From the NCBI RefSeq assembly GCF_039654945.1, contig NW_027361875.1, positions 9,052,001-9,116,000 of the forward strand: a stretch of 64,000 nucleotides of DNA, written 5' to 3'. The notes beneath the pieces were generated by a model. It had not been told where the DNA came from. It ran no database searches and was given only the letters and a program-made list of their open reading frames with translations. Below, one piece after another: positions 1-12,924 of this stretch (its first letter is position 1; each line of letters begins with the position of its first letter). Origin of the DNA: Dendrobates tinctorius. Lineage: Eukaryota. The position numbers were made by a program, and so were the translations under genes.

Positions 1-990
1 ACAAGTTCAAGCTGCCCTGCAGTCCGAGGGTACAACAGTGTCAACCCGTACTATCCGTCGGCATCTGAATGAAAAGGGACTGTATGGTAGGAGACCCAGG
101 AAGACCCCACTTCTTACCTCAAGACATAAAAAAGCCAAGCTGGAGTTTGCCAAAACTTACCTGAAAAAGCCTAAAACGTTTTGGAAGAATGTTCTCTTGT
201 CAGATGAGACAAAAGTAGAGCTTTTTGGGCAAAGGCATCAACATAGAGTTTACAGGAGAAAAAAGAGGCATTCAAAGAAAAGAACACGGTCCCTACAGTC
301 AAACATGGTGGAGGTTCCCTGATGTTTTGAGGTTGCTTTGCTGCCTCTGGCACTGGACTGCTTGACCGTGTGCATGGCGTAATGAAGTCTGAAGACTACC
401 AACAAATTTTGCAGCATAATGTAGGGCCAAGTGTGAGAAAGCTGGGTCTCCCTCAGAGGTCATGGATCTTCCAGCAGGACAATGACCCAAAACACACTTC
501 AAAAAGTACTAGAAAATGGTTTGAGAGAAAGCACTGGAGACTTCTAAGGTGGCCAGCAATGAGTCCAGACCTGAATCCCATAGAACACCTGTGGAGAGAT
601 CTAAAAATGGCAGTTTGGAGAAGGCACCCTTCAAATATCAGGGACCTGGAGCAGTTTGCCAAAGAAGAATGGTCTAAAATTCCAGCAGAGCATTGTAAGA
701 AACTCATTGATGGTTACCGGAAGCGGTTGGTCGCAGTTATTTTGGCTAAAGGTTGTGCAACCAAGTATTAGGCTGAGGGTGTCAATACTTTTCTCTGGCC
801 CATTTTTGGAGTTTTGTGTGAAATGATCAATGTTTTGCTTTTTGCTTCATTCTCTTTTGTGTTTTTTCATTTAAGACAAATTAAATGAAGATAAAAATAC
901 CAAAGAATTTGTGTTTGCAATCATTTTCAGGAAGAAACTGAGTATTATCTGACAGAATTGCAGGGGTGTCAATACTTTTGGCCACAACTG
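1..990 (+). mobile_element. Tc1/mariner (DD34E) transposon, 3' part (5' end outside window); frameshifted transposase
   Basis: ORFs 38..322 and 370..771 give SDETK, QQDNDPKH and SPDLNPIE motifs (34 residues between D and E) and a GCATKY C-terminus. Right TIR ends ...GGCCACAACTG at 990 followed by TA. Same family as 8367..9963. Confidence 0.95.
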
Positions 991-1117
991 TATATGTGGG
1001 CTGCATTATACAGTATCGAGGACTATGAGGAATACATTATATGAAGAGCTATGGGGTGCATTATACTATGGGAACTGAATTGTACTACATGGATGACTAT
1101 GGCGGTGCATTATACTA

Positions 1118-2688
1118 CACTGCGTTCCAAATTATTATGCAAATTGGATTTAAGTGTCATAAAGATGTCATTTTTTTGTTTTTCAAATAAACTCATAGAT
1201 GGTATTGTGTATCAGGGCTCTTTGGATCACTGAAATCAATCTCAAATGCCTGTGATAATTAGTTTACCAGGTGAGCCCAATTAAAGGAAAACTACTTAAG
1301 AATGATGTTCCACATTATTAAGCAGGGCACAGGTTTCAAGGAATTTAGGAAAGAAAAAGGATCTCTCTGCTGCTGAAAAGCATCAAATAGTGCAATGCCT
1401 TGGTCAAGACATGAAAACATTAGATATTTCCCCAAAACTGAAATGTGATCATCGTACTGTTAAGAGATTTGTGGTTGATTCTGAGAACAGACATGTTTGT
1501 GCTGATAAAGGCAGAATGAGGAAGGTTTCTGCCAGGCAAGTTCATCGGATTAAGAGAGCGGCTGCTAAAAAGCCATTACAAACCAGCAAACAGATATTTA
1601 AAGCTGCTGGTGCCTCTGGAGTCCCTCGAACCTCAAGGTGTAGGATCCTTCAAAGGCTTGCTATGGTGCATAAACCTACTATTCGGCCACCCCTAAACAG
1701 TGTTCACAAGCAGAAATGGTTGCAGTGGGCCCAGACATACACGAAGACTAATTTTCAAACAGTCTTGTTTACTGATGAGTGTCGAGCAACCCTGGATGGT
1801 CCAGATGGATGGAGTAGTGGATGGTTGGTGGATGGCCACCATATCCCAACAAGGCTGCGACGTCAGCAAGGAGGTGGAGGAGTCATGTTTTGGGCCGGAA
1901 TCATGGGAAAACAGCTGGTAGGGCTCTTTAAGGTTCCTGAAGGTGTGAAAATGACCTCTGCAAAGTATATAGAGTTTCTGACTGACAGCCGTCTTCCATG
2001 GTATAAAAAGCAGAAACGTGGGTTCAAGAGCAAAATCATCTTCATGCATGACAATGCACCATCTCATGCTCCAAAGAATACCTCTGAGTCATTGACTGCT
2101 ATGGGCATAAAAGGAGATAAACACATGGTGTGGCCACCATCTTCCCCTGACCTCAACCCTATAGAGAACCTTTGGAGTATCATCAAGCCAAAGATCTATG
2201 AGGGTGGGAGGCAGTTCACATCAAAACAGCAGCTCTGGGAGGCTATTCTGACTTCATGCAAAGAAATACAAGCAGAAACTCTCCAAAAACTCACAAGTTC
2301 AATGGATGCAAGAATTGTGAAGGTGATATCAAAGAAGGGTTCCTATGTTAACATGTAACTTGGCCTGTTAGGATGTTTTGGAGTTAAATAGCTTTTTTGT
2401 TCAGTGAATCTGACCTCCTAATGCTGCAAATTCCACAAATGAGCATTTTCAGTTCTTTAAAACATATCATATGTTTAGAAATTCTACTGTGCCTAATAAT
2501 TTGGAACAGTGCAATTTGAGTTTTTATTCATTTTGGAGATTATACTGTTATCATTGGGAGGTTTCTTCAATAAAATTTGATGCATACTCTAACGGGTGAT
2601 GACTTTAATTAGACTGACTGTCATTTGTACCGACTATTTAGGAAAATCATGGAAAAATATCATTTGCATAATAATTTGGAACACAGTG
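1118..2688 (+). mobile_element. Tc1-like DD37E (TRT-type) transposon, full length
   Basis: TIRs CACTGCGTTCCAAATTATTATGCAAA / TTTGCATAATAATTTGGAACACAGTG with TA on both sides (1116-17, 2689-90). Confidence 0.93.
1345..2358 (+). CDS. DD37E transposase; uninterrupted frame but apparent start codon lost (TTA GGA AAG AAA AAG GAT)
   Basis: ORF 1390..2358 has FTDE, HDNAP and SPDLNPIE with 37 residues between the second D and E. The frame stays open upstream to 1345 (xGKKKDLSAAEKHQIV). Confidence 0.85.
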   Translation, partial: LGKKKDLSAAEKHQIVQCLGQDMKTLDISPKLKCDHRTVKRFVVDSENRHVCADKGRMRKVSARQVHRIKRAAAKKPLQTSKQIFKAAGASGVPRTSRCRILQRLAMVHKPTIRPPLNSVHKQKWLQWAQTYTKTNFQTVLFTDECRATLDGPDGWSSGWLVDGHHIPTRLRRQQGGGGVMFWAGIMGKQLVGLFKVPEGVKMTSAKYIEFLTDSRLPWYKKQKRGFKSKIIFMHDNAPSHAPKNTSESLTAMGIKGDKHMVWPPSSPDLNPIENLWSIIKPKIYEGGRQFTSKQQLWEAILTSCKEIQAETLQKLTSSMDARIVKVISKKGSYVNM

Positions 2689-3639
2689 TATTTGGAGCAC
2701 TATGAGGAGTGTATTATACTATATGGAGGACTGAGCAGTGTATTTTAATATATGGAGGGCTATGAGGAGTGTATTATACTATATGGAGGACTATGAGGAG
2801 TGTATTATACTATATGGAGGACTATGGGGAGTGTATTATACTATATGGAGGACTGAGGATTGTATTATAATATATGGAGGACTATGGAGCACACTATATT
2901 ATATGGTCGACTATAGGGAGTGTATTATACTATATGGAGGACTATGGGGCACATTATATTATATGGAGGACTATGGGGTGTAAACTGTAGATGTGTTGCT
3001 GATAACATGATACTGTATGGTGATCTGTTAGTGATCTATTATTGATTGTTCTGTCCCCATTATTCTTTCTCAGTTGGTGTAAAGAGGCTGGGAAAGAAGT
3101 GTTGAACAGCATCAATATTGTCAATCACACTCATTCAGTGTCCTGAACTCAGCGCATGTACATACAACCGAAATGCTTCTGTGTGATGTGCAATATGTTT
3201 GCATTTGGGGCCCCATTTTATACTTCGCCTAGGGCCCCATTTTGCCTAAAACCGGCCCTGCCTGCAGGGCATCTAATAATGAGGGCAATATGGCCTGTTT
3301 ATCTGGCCCCAAGGGCCTGGGGGTGCCCTGGCCAGATTGCCCTCATGTGCGGCAGACAGAGAGAGATCCCTGCAGCTCCGCTGCCTACAAGAGAAAATGG
3401 CAGCAGAGCTGCAGCGATCCGTCCTGTTCCCTGCCCAGCCGTGCTTCCTGCCTCTGTCACAGCAGTCAGCGGCGCAGCTGGATGACATCATCCAGCACCG
3501 CACCTGACAGCTGAGCCAGAGAGAGTAAGCTGCAGGCAAAGATGATGCTGCGGGAGAGTGTGCGGTTAGGTGAGTGCGTGTGTAGCGGCACGCGAAGGTG
3601 ATGCTGCGGGAGAGCGTACAGTGAGGTGAGTGTGTGTGT

Positions 3640-4060
3640 AGGAGAGGGGAATGATGGGGGTGATTGCAGAGAAGACAATAATGGGGTGGTGGGGAGGAGG
3701 AAATGATGGTGGTGGTGGAATTGGCAATGATGGGGGTGGTTGGGGAGAAAGCAATGATGGAGGTGGTGGAATGGGCAATGATGGGGTGGCGGGGAAAAGG
3801 CAATGATGGTGGTAGTGGAAAGGTCAATGGTGGTGGAAAGGGCAATGATGGGGGTTGATAGGGGAGGAGGAAATGATGGATGTGGTGGAATGGGCAATGA
3901 TGGGGTGGTGGGGGAGAAAGCAATGATAGAGATGGTGGAAAGGGCAACGATTGGGGTGCTGGGGAGTAGGCAACGATGGGGAAAAGGGGAGAGGACAATA
4001 ATGGGATGAGGGGGAGGAGGACAATGAAGGGTGTTGGGGATTGGGAAGGAAGGAAGGGGG
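3640..4060. repeat. G-rich low-complexity repeat (GGCAATGATGGGG-like)
   Basis: Recurrent GCAATGATGGGG motifs; the overlapping Pro/His-rich ORFs are by-products. Confidence 0.8.
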
Positions 4061-4976
4061 ATTTATAATGGATTTAGAAACAGGGGGAGGTGGAGGAATA
4101 CATTGTTATTGCTCATAGTATTTAAAGGGAACCTGTCACCACATCTAAAAACATCAGTTAATTCGGTGTCAGCTATGCATTCCACAACTACTTCTGATAC
4201 CCCCTGACTCCCCATGTATCACACATAAAAAAACTTTTTTATTGCTTCTGCGCTGTATGGTAATCTGTTTGGTCCGGTCCGATGGGCGTTGCCTCTGTTC
4301 CTTCACTCCACCCCTCCTTGGCTTGCTGTGCGCATTCTTTACCGTGAATATCGGAGATCGCTTACAGATTTTGTGTGTGCACATTGAAATGGTATCTTGC
4401 GCCTGCGCAGTATGCTTTTCCCAACTGCGGGCAGAGCCGAAAAGCAGTAGTGCACATGCGTGTCCTACACCTTCTGTGGTGCCATGTCTAATCATTGGTG
4501 GCAGCAGGGGTGGGATTCAAATTTTTAACAACCGGTTCTGTGTTTATGTGTAAGAAAACCACACCCATTTTTAAGCCACACCCATTTAAGCCACGCCCAT
4601 TTTAAGCCACACCCATTTACACACACCTTTTCCTCAAACATATACAAGTAGGGGCGCAGTCAAACAGTTGAAAAAAAATAAATTGGAATGAGATCAGAAC
4701 AGTGCAGATTCTGGCCAGCGGCTCTCCTGACCCAAGTGTGACAGCTGCGTATATATCTAGGCAGCTGTCTCACTTGACTGACAAGCTGGCTAGGCTGTGC
4801 ACTACATTCTGATGTTAACAGCTTTTGTTCTGGCCAAAATAAGCTGATGCCACAACACGGGAGACTCTTTCAGCCAGGCCCTACTCTACTCTAAACTATT
4901 AAAAATAAATATATATTTATGTGTTTTTCTTTAAGGGAATGAGTCACATACATTTACATTTTTTTAAACAACCATT

Positions 4977-5565
4977 AATACCACATACAAGGGACAAATA
5001 TCGTCACACCATGACCAGACCACATATTACCACCACATAGTCACCGAATAATACCACATACACGGAACAAATAACGCCGCACCATGACCAGACCATATAT
5101 TACCACCATATAGTCACCGAATAATACCACATACAAGGCACAAATAACGCCGCACCATGGCCAGACCACATATTACCACCACATAGTCACCGAATAATAC
5201 CACATACAAGGAACAAATACCGCCACACCATGGCCAGACCACATATTACCACCACATAGTCACAGAATAATAACACATACAAGGAACAAATAACACCGCA
5301 CCATGGCCAGACCACATATTACCACCACATAGTCACCGAATAATACCACATACAAGGCACAAATAACGCTGCACCATGGCCAGACCACATATTACCACCA
5401 CATAGTCACCGAATAATACCACATACAAGGAACAAATACCGCCACACCATGGCCAGACCACATATTACCACCACATAGTGACTGAATAATACCACATACA
5501 AGGAACAAATAGCGCCACACCATGACCAGACCACATATTACCACCAGATAGTGACTGAATACTAC
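4977..5565. repeat. 73-bp tandem repeat, ~8 copies
   Basis: Unit TACCACATACAAGGAACAAATACCGCCACACCATGGCCAGACCACATATTACCACCACATAGTCACCGAATAA; ORFs 5392 and 5465 are offset by 73. Confidence 0.92.
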
Positions 5566-6294
5566 AATACTGATCATTAATTAAAACACAATAATAAGTG
5601 CAATTGTATACAGAAACTCTGTATTTACTGTCAGTGTACGGGTAACACATTGACTCACCAGTGACGTCTCTAGCTGAAGTCCTTCATCTTTGCTTTTCTT
5701 TTTCATCCAGCACAGACCACCATCACTTCTTCCAGCCAGGACTCGTCTCTGCATGAAATAACACAGTTACCTAGAGCACGGCTTCCAGAGCACATTCCCC
5801 ACTTTTTCCCTTTCTTCTACACTACACATCTGAATACAGACGTGCACCCACCATTAATACATAATTGGTTTTTATGCAACCCACCATTCCAAATATAAAT
5901 TATAATCCACCACTGTGCACCCACTAACTATAAATGGCACTTTCCCCATTTAATATATAAATTAGCACCTGTACTCTTTCCCCCAATTCATTAACAGGCA
6001 CTTCAACCTCAACGCCCCCCACTATGTACTTCCCGCTCTAACCCTAACCCTGATTCATTATATTTACATGCCCTTCCCACCTCAATTCATTGTCTTATCT
6101 TTCTCTCCCACCCTCTATTCATTATCAACTGCTCTACCCCACATTCAATACATCACTTACTCCCCCACACTCAAAATTCTTTATTTGTTCTCCAGATAGA
6201 TCATTTGCTCTCCTCACCCCCACCTTCAAATCATCATTTGCTCTCCTCACCCCCTCATCTTGAATTAAATTGCTGTGCCCTGTCACTCACACTG

Positions 6295-6995
6295 AATTCA
6301 TCATTTGCAGTCCCCGTCCTCTCCCCCACATCATCATTTGCAGTCCCCCCACTTTGAAGTCCCCTTACTTCATCCGTTGCAGTCCCCTATCACCTCTCGC
6401 TTCATCTGCTGTGCCCCTTCATCATTTGCAGCCCCCTAGCCCCCTTCCATTTCATCATGTGCAGTCCCCCTTACCCCCCACTTCATCATGTGCAGTCTCC
6501 CCTACCCCCCACTTCATCATGTGCAGCCCCACTCCATCATCATGTGCAATCACTCTTACCCCCACATCATGTGCAGTCCCCTTTACCCAATTCATTTGCA
6601 GTCCCCCTTACCCCCAATTCATCCTGTGCAGTCCCCCTTACCCCCACTTCATCCTGTGCAGTCCCCCTTACCCCCACTTCATCATGTGCAGTCCCCCTTC
6701 ATCATGTGCAATCCCCCTTACCCCATCATCAAGTGCAGCCGCACTCCATCATGTACAGCCCCACTCCCCCTTCATCATGTGCAGCCCCACTAACCCAACT
6801 CCATCATGTACAGCTCCACTCCCCCCACTGCATCATGTACAGCCCCACTCCATCATGTACAGTCCCACTCCCCCCACTCCATCATGTACAGCCCCACTCC
6901 CCCTTCATCATGTGCAGCCCCACTCCCCCCACTCAATCATGTACAGCCCCACTCCATCATGTACAGCCCCACTACATGTACAGCCCCACTACATG
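6295..6995. repeat. C-rich minisatellite (CATCATGTGCAGTCCCC core, ~20-30 bp units)
   Basis: Many repeats of CATCATGT(G/A)CAG(T/C)CCC. Confidence 0.9.
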
Positions 6996-7049
6996 TATGT
7001 GACTGGGGTTCAGGCGCATCCACCATACAAGCGTTCAGGGAGAGGCTTA

Positions 7050-7518
7050 GGCTAGTTTCACACTAGCGTTTATTTCCTGCAGCGCACAGCGCCGCTAAGC
7101 CCCGCCCCCTCCCGGCTCCCTGCCCGCCCCATCCGGTCATCGGCGCCTACTAGCGCACATGGGCGCTTGCGATCTGCGCACCCTATCTTTAGCATAGGGT
7201 GCGCAGATCGTGCGCTGGCCGTGCGCTAGTAGGATTTTATTGTGCGCTGCGCACTTTTGAAGGTGCGCCGTGCGCGCCAAAATGCAACATGCTGCGTTCG
7301 GCACACACCGGCGCACCTTCAAAAGTGCGCAGCGCACGCTAAAATCCTACTAGCGCATGGCCAGCGCATGATCTGCGCACCCTATACTAAAGATAGGGTG
7401 CGCAGATTTCAAGCGTCCATGTGTGCTAGTAGGCGCCGATGACCGGATGGGGCGGGCAGGGGGCGGGGCTTAGCGGCGCCGTGCGCTGCAGGAAATGAAC
7501 GCTAGTGTGAAACTAGCC
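7050..7518. mobile_element. PIF/Harbinger-type palindromic MITE
   Basis: TTA|GGCTAGTTTCACACTAGCGTT ... AACGCTAGTGTGAAACTAGCC|TTA; almost the whole 469 bp is one inverted repeat. Confidence 0.88.
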
Positions 7519-8366
7519 TTAGAACACAAAACCAAGGCGCATGCACACTACTGCTTTTCGGCTTTGTCCACAGTTCGGAAACGCATACTGCGCACGCGCT
7601 GAGATACCATTTCAATGCACAAGCGCGAAATCTGTACAATTCTATAAAGCTGTAGATAAGCCCCCGAACCAACCTGCAAGTGAAGAAAAATAAGTTTTAT
7701 TATACTCACCCGGTGGGGCAGTCAGATGCGGTCTGGTCCGATGGATGTCGCAGGTGTCTGGGTCCGGCACCTCCCATCTTCTTGCGATGCCGCCCTCCTG
7801 CTTGGTTTTTGGCTCCAAGGCATCGCGCTCTGGTGCAGGCTTACTTATCTGCCCTGTTGAGGGCAGAGCAAAGTACTACAGTGCACAGGCGCTGGGCCTC
7901 TCTGACCTTTCCCAGTGCCTGCTAACTACAGTACTTTGCTCTGCCCTAAATAGGGCAGATAAGTACATCTGCGCAGGAGCACGATGTCGGGGAGCCATGA
8001 AGAAAGCAGGATAGCGGCATCCCAAGAAGATGGGATGCGTCGCACCCAGACCTGTGTCACCCAGCGGACCAGACCGCCCCCCAGGTGAGTATAATAAACT
8101 TATTTTTCTTATCTTTGAGGTCGGATCGGGGGCTTATCTACAGCATTATAGAATGCTGTAGGTAAGCTCTGAAAGGCAGTGGCCGCATCTTACAGTGGCC
8201 AAAACAGGTGACATGTTCCCTTTAACACAGTCCCTTAGTATATAGTGTACTCAATTATTATGTATAGCACAATCCCTTAGTATATAGTGCTCTAGCTTAT
8301 TATGTATAGCACCATCCCTCAGTATATAGTGTAGTCACTTTTTATGTATAGCACAGTCCCTTAGTA

Positions 8367-9963
8367 TAGTTGTGGCCAAAAGTATTGACACCCCTGCAAT
8401 TTTGTCAGATAATACTCAGTTTCTTCCTGAAAATTATTGCAAACACAAATTCTTTGTTATTATTATCTTCATTTAATTTGTCTTAAATGAAAAAACACAA
8501 AAAGAATTGTCCTAAAGCCAAATTGGATATAATTCCACACCAAACATAAAAAAGAGGGTGGACAAAAGTATTGGCACTGTTCGAAAAATCATGTGATGCT
8601 TCTCTAATTTGTGTAATTAACAGTACCTGTAACTTACCTGTGGCACCTAACAGGTGTTGACAATAACTAAATCACACTTGCAGCCAGTTGACATGGATTA
8701 AAGTTGACAAAACCTCTGTCCTGTGTCCTTGTGTGTACCACATTGAGCATAGAGAAAAGAAAGAAGACCAAAGTACTGTGAGGACTTGAGAAACCAAATT
8801 GTGAGGAAGCATGAGCAATTTCAAGGCTACAAGTCCATCTCCAAAGACCTGAATGTTCCTGTGTCTACCGTGCGCAGTGTCATCAAGAAGTTTAAAGCCC
8901 ATGGCACTGTGGCTAACCTCCCTAGATGTGGATGGAAAAGAAAAATTGAGAAGAGATTTCAACGCAAGATTGTGCGGATGTTGGATAAAGAACCTCGACT
9001 AACATCCAAACAAGTTCAAGCTGCCCTGCAGTCCGAGGGTACAACAGTGTCAACCCGTACTATCCGTCGGCGTCTGAATGAAAAGGGACTGTATGGTAGG
9101 AGACCAAGGAAGACCCCACTTCTTACCCAGAGACATAAAAAAGCCAGGCTGGAGTTTGCCAAAACTTACATGAAAAAGCCTAAAACGTTTTGGAAGAATG
9201 TTCTCTGGTCAGATGAGACAAAAGTAGAGCTTTTTGGGCAAAGGCATCAACATAGAGTTTACAGGAGAAAAAAAGAGGCATTCAAAGATAAAAACACGGT
9301 CCCTACAGTCAAACATGGCGGAGGTTTCCCTGATGTTTTGGGGTTGCTTTGCTGCCTCTGGCACTGGACTGCTTGACCGTATGTATGGCATTATGAAGTC
9401 TGAAGACTACCAACAAATTTTGCAGCATAATGTAGGGCCCAGTGTGAGAAAGTTCGGTCTCCCTCAGAGGTCATGGGTCTTCCATCAGGACAATAACCCA
9501 AAACACACTTCAAAAAGCACTAGAAAATGGTTTGAGAGAAAGCACTGGAGACTAGAACACCTGTGGAGAGATCTAAAAATGGCAGTTTGGAGAAGGCACC
9601 CTTCTAAATATCAGGGACCTGGAGCAGTTTGCCAAAGAAGAATGGTCTAAAATTCTAGCAGAGCATTGTAAGAAACTCATTGATGGTTAACGGAAGCGGT
9701 TGATCGCAGTTATTTTGGCTAAAGGTTGTGCAATCAAGTATTAGGCTGAGGGTGCCAATACTTTTGTCTGGCCCATTTTTGGAGTTTTGTGTGAAATGAT
9801 CAATGTTTTGCTTTTTGCTTCATTCTCTTTTGTGTTTTTTCATTTAAGACAAATTAAATGAAGATAATAATACCAAAGAATTTGTGATTGCAATCATTTT
9901 CAGGAAGAAACTGAGTATTATCTGACAAAATTGCAGGGGTGTCAATACTTTTGGCCACAACTG
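8367..9963 (+). mobile_element. Tc1 (DD34E family) transposon with long IR/DR-type TIRs, full length, defective
   Basis: TA-flanked TIRs (c>t)AGTTGTGGCCAAAAGTATTGACACCCCTG / CAGGGGTGTCAATACTTTTGGCCACAACTG. ORFs 8786..9376 and 9234..9650, with a frameshift and a deletion removing the SPDLNP motif near 9552. Confidence 0.95.
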
Positions 9964-10092
9964 TATCTAACAAGAGAGGACAGTATGTAATTAAAAAGCA
10001 ATTAAATTGTAAAGGACAGAGCTGTAACTGTATAAGGGATGGCAATATACATAATAAATGAGTCTATGTAATATTTATATACATGTATGTGG

Positions 10093-10131
<39 letters not shown>

Positions 10132-10199
10132 TATCCAGAGAGAGGTTTTCTAGTCAGACAAGCATTTGCCAACCATCTGCTTTCCAAAAGCAACACTAA

Positions 10200-10572
10200 G
10201 GCTATATGCACACGGTGCGGATTCTGCTGCAGAACCGCAGCGGATTTAGCCCTGCGGAACTGCATGTGATGTACAGTACCATTCTTTTCTATGTAAAACA
10301 AAATCCGCAGTGCACATGCTGCGTTTTTTTCCACGCAGATTTGGTGCAGAATGAAAAAAGCAGCATGTCACTTCTTTTGTGCGCTTTTGCTGCAGTTTTC
10401 CACCTGATCCATTCTAGTAATCCGCAGGTGGAAAACCGCACAAAACACGCATTAAAACCGCACAAAAAATGCACTAAATCTGCTGGAAAAATGCAGGTCA
10501 TTTGACCTGCAAATTTAGTGAATTCTGCACGGATAAATTCCTAAGCAGAATACGCACCGTGTGCACATACCC
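10200..10572. mobile_element. PIF/Harbinger-type MITE
   Basis: TAA|GGCTATATGCACACGGTGCG ... CGCACCGTGTGCACATACCC|TTA. Confidence 0.8.
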
Positions 10573-11414
10573 TTAGCAGTGAAGACATACAGTATTATAC
10601 AGGTAATGCTCTAATTCACCAAGCCACAAAAATGATTAACAAGTAATAAAATTTGAGAATTATGTTTAAGAAAATAGTATTTATATTTATGGCATTCCAA
10701 GGATTTTAGTTTGACAAGTTACAACAATTTTGTCCTACACAGTAACCCAATATTGTGTAGTATGCTTCTGAGGAAAATCCCCCCATATGCAAGCACAATA
10801 AATTTAAATAAAAATGTAATTAGAATGAAGTTAAGAGTCATGAGACATTTTGAAGATTTGATACAAATAAGTATGATAAATTTAGTTTTTGAAAAAGTTT
10901 TGCATTTTGGGTCCAAACACTGTAGGGATGAATTTTTACAATAAATAATGTATGCTAGGTCTCTTCCTTTGAGGCTGAGCATATACAATTATTTTGCAAA
11001 AGGCAGTATAGTCCAGGTGGTCCAGGTTGTTGGCATCAATTGTGCTGAACTTGGACATGTGAGTGCTCAATTTCCATATAAACAGACGACTGTTTCTTGA
11101 GCACACAAAAGGCTAACTCATGTCACAATGAAGTTAGATGTAGAAAAGTATGGAAATCAGTAGATGAGGATGATGGGACTGATAACAACAAGGCACTACT
11201 TGCAGGTGCGCACTGGTTACCAGAAATACAATCTTGTGCTTTTATCACATGAGCAGGTGATGCCATTTCATGTGCTTATGGAGTGACGTAGTTCCTATTC
11301 AATGTGTGCCAGGATGTCCATAGCTTATTTTCCAATAGCAGAGCCTGCCTACTGCAATAGACTGGTCATCTGGCTACATGGATAAGAATTATAACACTCA
11401 AGATATCCTTGTAA

Positions 11415-11571
11415 GGCCGGGATCACACATGCGAGAAACTCGGACGAGTCTCGCATGTTAATACCCGGCAAAGCCACCAGCACTCAGATCGGAGCGTGCG
11501 GCCACATAGCACTATATGCAGCCACACGTTCTACTCCCAAGTGCGAGTTTCTCGCATGTGTGATCCCGGCC
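11415..11571. mobile_element. Short PIF/Harbinger-type MITE
   Basis: TAA|GGCCGGGATCACACATGCGAGAAACTCG ... CGAGTTTCTCGCATGTGTGATCCCGGCC|TAA (28-bp perfect TIR). Confidence 0.9.
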
Positions 11572-11591
11572 TAAGGGATGGACCGTGACCG

Positions 11592-12455
11592 TGTAAATAC
11601 TCCCCCCTTATTTATATTTGTATAAATGTATATTTATGTATGGGGGAATATCTTACCTTTGACTACTGCTATTGTGTATGTTTCTGCTTTCTATAAGAAG
11701 ATGTTCATAGGGACAGTGTAGTACCTAAGTTTAGCCACAAGATGGGGTACATTATAGTTTCACTTATGCACTGTAAATAGTTAATTTAGGAGGGGTCACT
11801 GTACACAAGTCAGGAGGTTTTCCTGAGTTTAGTCAGTTGGGGCCTGGGCACCCATTTAGCTCGGGTGGGCTATATAGCCTGGGCATAACCAGACCACTTA
11901 ACGTTATTAAGAATGAAGCCCAGCCATCCAGTACCAGTGGGTCTGAACACCGACAGCAACAGCAGTGACAGCAGTGGTAGCAGTGCAGCAGTAGTGGAAA
12001 TTGTAGCTACAAGGGAAGTCACAGCATTGTAGGCAGGTCGCTCATCATGTGGCAGCTTATTGCATGGGCTGATGCCTTCAGAACCAGAGCAAAATGGCTG
12101 AAGGAACTCCCGAACGAAGTAAGTCTGGACATGGAGGACACTGAGAAGCCAAAATATACGGTCTGACCTGGGAACGTGCTAAGTGACAGAGAGAGAAGGA
12201 CAGGGAAAGAGGAAGAGTTGCATTGCGTGAATTCTGATGTTGATGCTGTACCAAACATGGATATGCTGTGTGAGAAGATCAGTAAAGTTGTTTATTTGAA
12301 AGTTAAAATGGACTGTGGCTCATTTTGTATGAAACTGGACAGAGGAAACTTCCAACAACATAGTGAAGGCCCTGACGGTGCAGATGATGGAGCCACAGGT
12401 ATGCAGAGTGATGGACAGTGTTTGCATGTGACGTGAGGCCAGGGTGTGCTAAAAC
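11592..12455 (+). mobile_element. Possible degenerate solo LTR
   Basis: TG...CA-bounded ~860 bp block with TATATA-like and AGTAAA-like motifs; no TSD found. Confidence 0.3.
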
Positions 12456-12924
12456 AAATATTTTTCAGCCATGACTGCTGCCCTGGCCGACCCTCACACC
12501 TTCACAAAATAATTATTATCAACATGCAAAACTGCTCCCTGAAAAGCTTTTTGGCTGTATATTGGCTCTGCTTTTTAATGCAGTCTTTACCCTCCCCATC
12601 AGATGACATTCATTCCTCAGCACACCTATTTGGTTCCCAATCATCATCAGCCTTATCCATCACTTTTCTCACAGCTGTTCTATGTGGAAAATGGCTGTCA
12701 GCGCTTCCTATACTGTATATACAGTCCTTGTTCAATGCTGTGTATACAGTGATTGTGAAGGCAGAGATGGTAATGAAACATCTCTGCCATCTCTATGGGA
12801 AGTCTGGCTGTGTCTGACATCCGGCTCCTTGTTCCTGTAGCAACATCATCTTGCGCAGCCACTTATTCTGTAGAGTAAAATGTGGACAGTACAGACGTGT
12901 ATACACATAAGGAAAAGGCTGACA

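Larger units (their letters stand above)
993..2980. repeat. ~29-bp minisatellite (TATACTATATGGAGGACTATGAGGAGTGTAT-like) split by a Tc1-like insertion
   Basis: Degenerate units at 993-1115 and more regular units at 2690-2980 flank the 1118..2688 element. Confidence 0.8.
4126..8221. mobile_element. Chimeric T2/Kolobok-type palindromic MITE with ~3 kb nested at its centre
   Basis: TTAA|AGGGAACCTGTCACC at 4126 and GGTGACATGTTCCCT|TTAA at 8221. Inner inverted arms at ~4385-4465 and ~7535-7620. Segment 7640-8221 resembles the MITE at 14215..14830. Confidence 0.7.

Noticed and set aside
3156-4024. Pro/His-rich ORFs
   Set aside because: Translations of a low-complexity G-rich repeat.
6270-7066. Extensin-like or Cys-rich ORFs
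   Set aside because: Open in several frames because of a C-rich minisatellite.
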